Assembly (NCBI GenBank): GCA_964016885.1
Contig: OZ024742.1
Coordinates: 255,130,001-255,194,000 of the forward strand
DNA: 64,000 bases
Direction: 5' to 3'
From: Eledone cirrhosa
Taxonomy: Eukaryota
The number at the start of each line of letters is the position of its first letter. Position 1 is the stretch's first letter. The notes under the pieces are model-generated. The model was given only the letters and a program-made list of their open reading frames with translations. It made no database searches and was not told the origin of the DNA. This document shows positions 1 to 12,438 of this stretch, one piece after another. Position numbers and translations under genes: made by a program.

Positions 1-355
1 GTACTATCTACATATGAGGCATGATGTAGTGGCCAAAACACTGTACAATGCATTCCGTAGAAAAGATAGCCCCGATAATAAACACATTAAAAGCTACAGC
101 AATGTGGAAGACATACATATACATAATATGAAAGAGTACTGGTGGAATGTTCCAGTAAAACCCCAATAAAATGCAGACATAACAGACTAGATATTATGAT
201 ATGGGACAGGGAAAAGAAGGCATGCACAGTAGTGGAAGCTAGCTGTCCAGCAGATGCCAATATAATATCAAAAATTAGCGAAAAGGAGAATATTTGTGCA
301 GAACTGATGTGAAATCTGCAGATACTCCACTCTGATTATACCTTTAGATTTATGT
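1..355 (+). mobile_element. 3' remnant of an RLE-type (R4/Dong-like) non-LTR retrotransposon
   Basis: Manual translation gives YYLHMRHDVVAKTLY...EYWWNVPV, then after a frameshift KCRHNRLDIMIWDREKKACTVVEASCPADANIISKISEKE. This is the RHD plus PD-(D/E)xK-like layout seen in the other RLE copies. It contains a stop and a frameshift. Confidence 0.75.
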
Positions 356-360
356 ATGTA

Positions 361-1058
361 TAAATTTAAGTGGAAAACTCTATTTATGGGAGTATAAGCC
401 AGGCAGACCCCCCCCCCAAAAAAAAAAAAATTCTAAGTCAATCGCACTTATATATCGATCTTCCTACCATGGATTCATTTGTTGAAGAAGTAATTATTGG
501 AAAAGACCAACATATGAAGAACTTGCAAATTCGTCTGAGGAGTTATTCTTCAATTCCAAGAGACCATGTTTATCCTGAAATTCTACATACCGTTGCCAAT
601 CCAGCATGCTGCATGAAAACACATTGTGTAATTGAACCATTACATGAACAAATGTTTCTTAATCTTAGGACTACGGGGTAGGCTTAAAATACTGTGATAA
701 ATAGCAACCAGCAGACAGTCTGCCACAGCTCAACAAATCAGGAGCAGTTTAATAACAATTAAATATTAATTGGTCTCTAATACTTAAACATCTCAATGAA
801 TGGATAAAATATATAGAAAAAATATCAATCAGAAAAGCAATATTACATTTTAAATTTAAGTGAAAAACTATTTATAGGAGTATAAGCCAGACAGACTAAA
901 AAATATTTCAGTCAATTTGTGGATTCTTCAAATGTTGGTCTTTTCCAATAATTACTTCTTCCGCAAATGAAACCACGGTAGGGAGATCAACATATAAGGG
1001 AGATTGATTAAAATGTTTTTTTTGGTCTGTCTGGCTTAAATAGAGTTTTCATCTAAGC
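361..1058. mobile_element. Non-autonomous element with ~170-bp diverged inverted ends and an internal partial direct repeat
   Basis: 361-530 matches the reverse complement of ~910-1058 (GAAAACTCTATTT...AAGCCAG.CAGAC...GAAGAAGTAATTATTGGAAAAGACCAACAT). 851-915 directly repeats 361-440. Confidence 0.6.
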
Positions 1059-1074
1059 GTTTTTGTCATGACAA

Positions 1075-1865
1075 CTACAAGACCACTTTACACTATGGGT
1101 TGGGCACTTTTTGTCGTGTTGCCATCATGACCACTTTACAGTGTGAACTGGGGACTTTTGTGGGGGAGGTGTGTGGGATTTGAGGAGGTAGATATAGAGG
1201 TATGTATGAGGGGGTGGAGTGTTATGACATGGGTGGGATGTTAGGATGTGGGAGGTATATGGAAGGGTGATGGTGATGAAGTTGCTGCATACTAGATGTA
1301 TGCTTCAACCTGTGCTCATGGGAAGGCAGGTCTCCTGTATTATGCCAGAGATTTTGGTCCTGTGTCATCGCCTTTAAGAAGTGTAATTGTGCAAGTTCAG
1401 CTTTTATCACCTCATCCCAAGTCTCCCTAGGTCTTCCTACTCCATAGCTTTCATCAACTGTGATTACTACAGCTGTCATCCTTCATATTTATCATATGTT
1501 CTCATGAAAGCAATCTCCTTTCCTGATCCAACTTATGCCCAGTTTCTCTCTCAGTTCATTTATGCAATGCCATTCACATATATTACTTTTATAAATCCAT
1601 TGAAGCATGCAAACTTCATTTCTTTTCAATCTTTGCAGGTCGTCTGCACAGACCACCCAGGTCTCACTTCCATGCAACATTGCTGTTTGTATACATGCAT
1701 CATATAATCTGCCTCTCATTTTGATGGAAAGCCTTTTGTAGCTAGCAGTAGTAGTAGATCCCTGAACTTCTTCCATCCTTTTCTCACTTTGGTATTTTTA
1801 GAATACTCACCTCCACTGCTAATCATGCAGGTAGCAGAAGCTGTCTACTGCTTCTACAGAACCAA
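1075..1865 (-). mobile_element. Decayed RTE-clade LINE, 3' part
   Basis: ORF fragments RGRLYDACIQTAMLHGSETW and GVGRPRETWDEVIK are homologous to the RTE copies at 2744 and 28607. Confidence 0.85.
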
Positions 1866-2243
1866 TATATACATATCTATATAAACACATACGGCGTACC
1901 ATTACGATTGGTCATGTTATATTCTTAACACAATATTATGGAATTTGAAAATTCTTCCAAACAAAATTTAAAGAAAAGAAAGAATTCTTTATTAAATAAC
2001 CCATTTAATAACTAACAACTGGCTCTCTGTATCTGTATTTTATCTATCTATATATTTATTAATCTCTCTTTCTATCTTCCAACAGTCCTATCTCTGTTTT
2101 ACACACCATCACACACACACATATATATATATATTATAAAGAGTCGGGACTCGACGACTGAGCTCTTGCCGTTTCAACAGCTAGTTCCAGACTCTGTTGA
2201 GCCATGGTCTAACAGGCTTCAAACTGAATCCATCTTTATTTTT

Positions 2244-3985
<1,742 letters not shown>

Positions 3986-4545
3986 AATGTAGGAGGTAAG
4001 TTTTATTGTAGCACAATTAACTCCTCTATGCTCATAATTCATTTAACCTTATCTTCATTCACCTTAACTACTTAATATATTTTATTTCAATAATACATTT
4101 TAATAAATTCCTTTTCGCACATCTTATTAAACCCTTCAATATATAAACCTTAAATAAATAGTATTCTTAATTCCTTTTTCTTTAATCATAAGCATCCCCA
4201 TTCATAAACCTCATTAACTTTTAATTCTTAATTTTTTTTAAATTATGTATTATCTTACAACGGTTTTTTTTTATTTCTCTCTGTGAGACAGTGTTTCTCA
4301 GTATTAAAGGTTATCTCTCTCTCTCTCTCTCACTCATTTTCTCCTCTCTCATCCTTCCTTCTTATACTTCTCCTCCGTCATCCTTTCCTTATTATTATTT
4401 TTTTTCTTCTATCTTCCTTGCCTTTTCCTTCCCCCCTTTCTTTCCTCTTTTCCAATCTCATATATCCATCTCATTTTATTTTTCATATGTTGATTTAACA
4501 CTTCACTGCTCTCAAGTGTTTTTTAAGCTTCATATCATGTCTCCC

Positions 4546-4615
4546 TATTTTATCTGATGAGAACACACATATCTCCCATGATGATATTTGTTTTTGAAAT
4601 GCGCAAAATAAAATA
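4546..4615 (+). ncRNA. Minimal type-I hammerhead ribozyme motif, probably inactivated
   Basis: Stem I TATTTTAT/ATAAAATA, core CTGATGA (4554-4560), imperfect stem II, GAAA (4596-4599), palindromic TGCGCA. It has AA where UH is required. Confidence 0.6.
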
Positions 4616-4645
4616 CATGGAACTCTTTTAACCATCTTTTGACAT

Positions 4646-4733
<88 letters not shown>

Positions 4734-5107
4734 TTGCAAGGATTTTGATATGGAATCCTGTGTCGAAAAAAAGTAAAACAACATATATATATATAAAAAA
4801 GGTGTGGTAAGATACCATTCAGATCTAGCTGTTGAACTGGCTGTGGCTCAGCTGGTTGGGGTCTTGACTATTTTCCTATATATATACATACATATATATA
4901 TATATATAAGTATGTATACGTACATACATATACAGACGTACAGTAGTATGTATATATATACATACATGCATATATATATATATATGTACGTATGGATTTA
5001 CCGAACATTTATTATAATGCTCGGTTTGTTTGTAAACAAAAATCCCGAATTAAGCCGTACAGTGTTTAGCAACCATCGTTGCCCTTTTGTTCAACACTGA
5101 CAAAGGA

Positions 5108-5150
5108 ACGATGTACTAATTTCAAGCTTATTAGCTATCGTCAGCACCGT
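5108..5150 (-). ncRNA. Minimal type-I hammerhead ribozyme motif
   Basis: Minus strand reads ACGGTG CTGACGA tAGCT-aata-AGCTt GAAA ttag TA CATCGT: 6-bp stem I and a GUA triplet. Confidence 0.7.
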
Positions 5151-5682
5151 ATACCTTCCTACCAGATGATTGAACGTCTGAAATTATATACTTTCCTCAT
5201 GCATATTAAGTAACAGCCGTACTAAGAGTGAGAAATGAAATTTCGCTTCATTTTTTCCATTTATATATATATATACATATATATATTAGATGCCATATGG
5301 GTATACTTCCTCATAAACATGATCCTAATAAAACTTTGTATTTTTTCATCCCTGTGTTTGTTTTGTTTTATTTGTTCAACTACATATATGTATATCAATC
5401 TACCTCACTGTCTACCAACCTTCCTCATTCTCACTCACTCTATCTCTGTCTATCTGACTGTCTTATCAGTAAAAATACACAGCTGGTGTAGGCTGTTTAT
5501 CACCAAGACATTGTTTCTGTGACAATGTCTTATCTAAATTAAACATTAATTAGATACTTTATCCCTCATATTTTCACACTTCTTGTCTGTGTAGTCCACT
5601 TCAATTCAGTGTGAAATTATGTTGTTTCAGGATTTGTGGCCAATAAAAAACATTATTATTATTATTATTATTATTGTTATTA

Positions 5683-6286
5683 CTCTTTGAGTCTCAGTCT
5701 TTGATGTTAGTTAACTGGAAAGTTTGTTGAAATAAATATCAAGCCACTACCTGCAGCCTCAGATATTCAGGACGTATCGGATGGTTCTTGCTGTTCCCAG
5801 CAAGCATGCCTTTTGAAGCGTTCCAAAAAGCGTGAAGGGGCCAATTTTCTTTAACCACCCCTGGAAACCTTTTGAGATAGTCCCTAGTGCACCTATGACA
5901 ATCGGGACCACATTGACTTCATGGCAGTTCCAAATCCTTTTCACCTCCCACTTTAGGTCCTGGTATCGGTTAATTTTCTCCCTCTCCTTCTCTTGCACTC
6001 TCGTGTCGAACGGGCAGGCCACATCCACAATCAGGCACGATCTTTTTTCTTTGTCCACAACCACCAGGTCAGGTCTATTGTGTTCCAGTTTCTTGTCCGT
6101 CTGTATCCTAAAATCCCACAGCACCTTCACCTGATCGTTCTCTATCACCGCCTCTGGCTTATGCTCATACCACTTCTCAGAATGTGGTAAATTGTTTACT
6201 TTGCACAGGTGCCAGTGGATCACCCTGCCCATCACATCTTGTCTCCAGCCCTTATCGTGGGTCTGGGCTAGGTGTTTACACTCGGA
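5683..6286 (-). mobile_element. ~600-bp 3' fragment of an R4/Dong-like LINE (family A) with (TAA)n tail
   Basis: ORF 5759-6235 encodes the RLE domain (HNRPDLVVVDK...IVDVACPFD...EKINRYQDL). (TTA)n lies at 5652-5682. Confidence 0.92.
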
Positions 6287-9200
6287 TTTGAGTCTCAGTC
6301 TTTGATGTTAGTTAACTGGAAAGTTTGTTGAAATGAATATCAAGCCATTACCTGCAGCCTCAGATATACAGGACGTATGGGAGGGTTCTTGCTGTTCCAA
6401 GCAAGCATGCCTTTTGAAGCGTTCGAAAAAGCGGGAAGGGGCCAATTTTCTTTAACCATCCCTGGAAACTTTTTGAGATAGTACCTAGTGCGCCTATGAC
6501 AATCGAGACCACTTTGACTTCATGGCAGTTCCAAATCCTTTTTACCTCCCACTCTAAGTCCTGGTATCGTTTAATTTTCTCCCTCTCCTTCTCTTGCACT
6601 CTCGTGTCGAATGGACAGGCCACATCCACAATCAGGCACGATCTTTTTTCTTTGTCCAAAACCGCCAGGTCAGGTCTATTGTGTTCCAGTTTCTTGTCCG
6701 TCTGTATCCTAAAATCCCACAGCATCTTCACCTGATCGTTTTCTATCACCGACTCTGGCTTATGCTCATACCACTTCTCAGAATGTGGTAAATTATTTAC
6801 TTTGCATAGGTGCCAGTGGATTACCCTGCCCATCACATCATGTCTCCAGCCCTTATAGTGGGTCTGGGCTAGGTGTATACACTCGGACACAATGTGAGCC
6901 ACAGTCTCCTCTCTCTCTCCACAGATCCTGCACAGTGGGCTAGCCTCCTCCTTGTAAATATGGTGTTTCAAACACTTCGTTTTGAGGGCCTGCTCTTGCG
7001 CAGCCATTAACATTCCTTCTGTAGCCTTTTTAAGGTTTCCTCTTTTCAACCAGTTCCATGTCTGTGGATCTCTGAATTCAGTTTTCTCAAAGAAGGTACT
7101 ATGAAGGGATTTTTCCTGAAGGCTGCTCTTTCTCCTTGTTGTTATTTCCTCCTTGGACATCCCCTGGTCTATTGTCCTCTCCTTCAGTACAGTTCTGAGC
7201 ATTGGCTCCTTACTATCAGTCACGTATTTGTGTAGGTTGTTTTTCTCAATCTGAACACAATCCTCTATGCTGATAAGACCTCTTCCACCTTCTGATCTCC
7301 TTAAGTAGAGTCTATCGACATCACTCCTCTTGTGGAGGATGTTGTAGATAGTCAATAGCTTCCTAGTCTTCCTATCCATTACCTTTTTGTTCAGCAACAT
7401 TCCATCTCAGAATTCCCAATAATAGACACAGCTCCGGAATTTACTGCACTTATGGCATTCCTACTGTTCAGATGTGACTTTAATATGCTCCTTACTCTCC
7501 GAATGTATTCAGATCTTATCAATTCCTTCATTTTTTTTTGTTCTTGATGTCATCAGCCTCCAGAACACCCAAATACTTGTATCCTTCTTCAGTGTCAATT
7601 TCTTTATCATCTCACCTGTTGGTACCTGGATTCCGTTGCTTCTGCTCAATTTACCCCTCTTTATCACAAGGACTCCACACTTACTAATACCAAATTGCAT
7701 ACATATATCATTGCTGAAAATACGGACAGTGTCAACAAGCACATCCAACTCCTTCTCACTCTTCCCGAAGAGCTTAAGATCGTCCATGAAGAGGAGATGA
7801 TTGATTGTAAGCTCTCCCTTTCCCAACTTGTATCCTGCTCTCACTTTTCGCAGTATAATGGTCAGGGGTATCAGGGCAAGGACGAACTATGAGGGGACAG
7901 ACTATCTCCCTGGAAGATACCTCTCTTGATCTTCACGCCTCCCAAGGAATCTCCAGCTGATGTTAATTCTGTTTTCCAGGACTTCATACTTTTGCTCAAC
8001 AACTGTCTGATGTTATCTGCCACCTTGAAGATCTCTAGGCTTTTGGTGATCCAAGAATGAGGCACAATGTCAAATGCTTTTTTGTAGTCTATCCATCCCA
8101 TGGCAAGACCAGTCTATCTCCTCTTGCCATCTCCTCATTACCATCTTATCAATAAGTAACTGGTCCTTTGTTCTACGGGACTTCTTTCGGTATCCTTTAT
8201 GTTCGTCCGGTAACAAGTTGTTTGTGTGGAGGTGTTGGTAGATTTCCTCAGACACAATGCATGTCAACAGTTTCCACATTACGGACAGGCATGTGATAGG
8301 TCTATAGTTGGTAACATCATTACCCTTGATTCGGTCTTTTATTGCCAGAACTGTGGTACCTTTTGTCAACCACTCTGGTACCTCACCTGACATCAAGCAG
8401 TCATTGAACATGGTTGTCAGTTTCGGGTGGAGGGATGTTATATTTATAATCCAATACCCCCTGCACACCATCTGGGCCAGGTGATTTCCAGTTGGTTAGT
8501 TTTGGGGCCTGCCCCTTAAGAGTTCAACTGTGATACTCAAATGAGTTTGTTGGTGTGCCTGTTCACTAATCTCCTTTTGTACTGTCTCAATCCACACTGC
8601 CTGGTCATTATGTTTAACATCCTGCTCCCATATTCCTCTCCAGAATGTCTTAGTTTGTTCCGCCTCAGGGCTCAAGTCGTTGCCTCTTTCTTTCCCTTCA
8701 AGCTGTCCAAACAACATCTTCTGGTTGTTGTCAAACATGCGGTTCTGTCTATACTGACTGACTGACTATTGTATCGCCTAATTTTTGCACTCTTTGCTAC
8801 AATGCCTTGCTTCAGTTCCTCTATGATAATATTTAGCTTTTTCCTCCTAGTTTTGTACTTTATTTCCAGTCTATTTTTAGTGTCTATGTTTTTAGTGTCC
8901 CATTCAGTAGGGACTCAAGCTTTCAAATGTCATTTCTCATTTCCCTGATTTGACCATTCAGTCGTTTCTTCCACCAAGGTTCTGATCTTTCTTGTTGTTT
9001 CCTCTCGATTTTATGCCAAGTAATTTCCTCACCGCATTTGCTGTTGCTTTGAGGATATTGTTGCACTGGTGAAGGCTCCTCGCCTCAAGGTATGGGATGA
9101 CCATGTTTACCTTAGCTGTTGTTTCTTTTAACTTTTTCCTGTCTACAAATCTTAGGTTCATAGGTTTCCCACTATCATTGTTCAATTCATCTACCACTAA

Positions 9201-9870
9201 GTTTAGGATATCAACTAAATCTTGTCCTAGCCTGTCACCATTCATCTCCTCAGTGGTCGTATCTTTGTTCCAGGTATTATTTATTTCAGCATTCAGATCA
9301 TTGTCTGCTTCGGATGGTTCTTCCGTTCTCTCAACCTCTTCACCTTCATTTCCCACTGGCTCGTTTGCCTGGCATACTCCACTCTCCATTTCCAAACTAA
9401 TCTCTCTGCTCATTTCCTCCAGTTCCAGCTCGCTTATCCACCCATCAGTTCTTATTACCCGAGCCTGCCTGGCCAAATTTTGTTCATCTAATTTAAATAG
9501 ACCAATCTCGTTCCAGATGTTATGCATCCTTTTCCAATAGCCTTTTTCCTTGGGGTTACTCTTCAGGTAACATTGCATAACAGTTCTATTCAATTCTTTC
9601 GTCCAGTTGGTTCTGGTCTCTTTCCTTCTTCTTCTTCCTCCTACACCAGCAGTATTTGGTTGACAGCCAGGTCCCTGCTGCTGAGCCAGGGAGCACCTAC
9701 TGGGTGAGAGTCTGTCACATGACATTCCAGTCTCCACTTCACCATTATTCGAACTGTTTAGGTTCGACATTTAAACACTCTTCTCTAGGATTGGTGAATG
9801 TATGGTTACATAACCACCGGTGATTTAATCATCCCCGGTGATTTTAGCGTGGCATTATCACGGTGTAGAC
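6287..9870 (-). mobile_element. Near full-length decayed R4/Dong-like LINE (family A): RT, CCHC finger and RLE
   Basis: Frameshifted ORF pieces run from 9770 to 6360 with [58 protein letters not shown] and RPD. The 5' UTR may extend to the (TTA)n at ~10155. Confidence 0.92.
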
Positions 9871-10383
9871 GAACATAAATAAACAAAGAAACAAATATGT
9901 ACCCACCCCACACACCCCAAATAAAAAAATAAGCATAAGTTTAATTGTAATGTAATGTTTGAATGCCTAACTTAGTTGTTTTTTGCTTGTCTGTCTGTCT
10001 GTTTGTTTTTCTTTTCTTTTTTCTTTTCTTTACGTTTTTCGTTGCTGCTGTGCTGTTTTGATTTTGATTTTTGATTATTTGATTTTTTGACCGGGTCATC
10101 AAATCAGTTTATTTATATCTTTTGATGCCTTCCTCATTTAGTGGGAATACTAGCATTATTATTATTATTATTATTGGCGACCTACGTAGTAAATAGTATC
10201 ATCGTGAGCTCCGCAAAGGTTTGTTATTTCCGTTTGTTAAAAATTGCCATTTATGGAAATTTTTTATTGTTAACCATATATAAGCGCACATACATTGTTT
10301 TCCGAAAAGGACACCCAAAAAGATTGGGGCCTTGTGCCCAAAATTTTAAACTTTTATTATTAACAAAAATTTCTTTGAAAAAA

Positions 10384-12404
10384 ATGGCTAATTCACCTCT
10401 GCACCAAGCAGCTGAAAGCCTTCCTCACAAATTAACACCTCACACCGACACCACCATTGTAAATGTTACTACATTTGCCAACACAAAAAAAAATATAAGC
10501 AGTAGAAATATTTTAAATTTGTCTCAGGCAGACATTCATTTACCGCCATTACCAATGACTGCAGGTGTTAAAGCCTCCACCACCACCACCACCGCGACAA
10601 CCACCACCCCCACCAAAACCGCGACAACAGAAACAAAAAAAGAAAAAAAGAAATTAACTCGTGATGTCGAAATGAAATCAAGCAAAATGGACTCTTCCCC
10701 ACCAAAGACGACTGACGTCACCACCACCACAACTGAAACTAAAATTAATATTAACACAAATAACGATAGCAACAACAACAACAATGACATTATAAAACCG
10801 ACCCTCAGTTTCGCCAGAGTAGCAAAACAGTTCGAATCATTTACGGTAACTCAGGAGGATTTAGAAAATGCCAAACAAATGGTAAAGAAAGATGGGTACA
10901 GGGTCAGCCCCCCCCACTAATAAAATGGAGCATCGGCGCCTATGCACCGTGTCGTATAGAACAATAAATGTAAAATAGCGCCGAGTGGAACGGGCATCCG
11001 AGTCCCAAATCAAAAAAGCTTTGGGACATGTGTGGGCAAGAAAAACCCACATCAGACGTGGGCAAAAGTATGGAACCGTGGACGTGTTCTTTGAAACACC
11101 AGACGAGGCTAGAGAACACTCCATGGCCCCATTAAGAAGTGACGACTTCACACTCGTCCCAAGCTATTGTGGCCAGAGACTCGTAAAGGTCAGGGTGACC
11201 CACGTTCCACCGGCCATCGAAATTCCCTGGCTAATAGCGGCCGTCCTCGCCGGCATCGAAGCCAACACGAAAATAATAGCAATAGCAAAAGAAAAGCAGG
11301 AGAACTGGTTCGGATCTGGGATGGAGCTCCTGATCCAAGCGGACCAAAAAAGCATTGAGGAGATCCCACAGGTAATAGACCTCACTGACGGCAGCCACCT
11401 CACGGTAATTGTCGAGGGCGCAGAAGACCTAGATGTGTCGTTTGTGGTGAAGAAACCCACCTAAGGGCTTTCTGCCCTCAGGCTAAAAGGTTGAGGCCAC
11501 CTCTCCTACCCACCCCAGTGACACAACCATCAACACCACCAGTAGCAGAGATGGCAGCAACAACTGTAGCAGCAACAACAGAAGCAACTATAACAGCAAC
11601 AACCCCAGCAACAGTAGCAAAACCAACACCACCACCACCACCACCAGCAAAACCAACACCACCACCACCACCAGCAAAACCAACACCACCACCACCCAAC
11701 GTTTCAGAACTAGCACCAGCGCTACACCATCCACCACGCCACAACCAAAACTAACGCCTGTGGAGGATTTTCCACTCCCCGGCCTATCACAACTGGAGAC
11801 AGATTGTGACGACGAGGAGTGGGAAACGATATCCGGAAAAAAAAAAGAAACCAAAAAAAGAAAAAATTCTCTTCCTTCCCCCTCCAAAAACAAAATACAG
11901 AGGGAAACAAATAAACTAAGAAACAAAAAAGTTAGGACAAATATGCCACCATCCACACCAGCATCACCAACCCCATCAACCCAAACACCAACACTATCAC
12001 CATCATTAACTCCAACACCACCATCACCTACACCACAAAAGTGACCAAAATGCGAAACAGAAACAAACCCACAACAAACGCAAACAAAACAAAACAACCA
12101 AAACGATACACACTACACAGCATTAAATTTGAACAACAAGCAATTATTACACTACATGCAACACAACACCAGCATCACAGAAAAAGACTACACAACAACC
12201 CCAAAATTTACACCACCTCCACACATACAAATCACTCGCATCACACAGAAAACGTACATGACACTAAAACAAAAATTCCCCCAAAACATCGGAGACTTCC
12301 GACAAGCACTCTCCAGGAGGATTTATAAAGACATCCTTCCTGAGGATGCCACAAGCAGTGAAAAGGATGGAGAAACTATCCTTCCTCTACGAGAAGTAAG
12401 GTAA
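10384..12404 (+). pseudogene. Disrupted ORF1 of L1/Tx1 family 1 (RRM-like region, Zn knuckle, Pro/Thr-rich linker)
   Basis: RRGQKYGTVDVFF aligns with QRGKQYGSVSVLF of family 2. An out-of-frame C-x2-C-x4-H-x4-C (CVVCGEETHLRAFC) lies near 11433-11475. There are several stops and frameshifts. Confidence 0.75.
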
Positions 12405-12438
12405 GTGGTCTTTCCCATCTTTTCCACTTCTTTTCAAC

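Noticed and set aside
2140-2240. Hammerhead-like GAAAC...GTC on the minus strand; partial motifs also at ~27415-27440, ~28160-28195 and ~28470
   Set aside because: Each lacks the CUGANGA core or a credible stem. They may be remnants but cannot be supported.
9780-10155. HDV-like ribozyme at the 5' end of family A
   Set aside because: I found only simple hairpins and could not build the P1-P4 topology.
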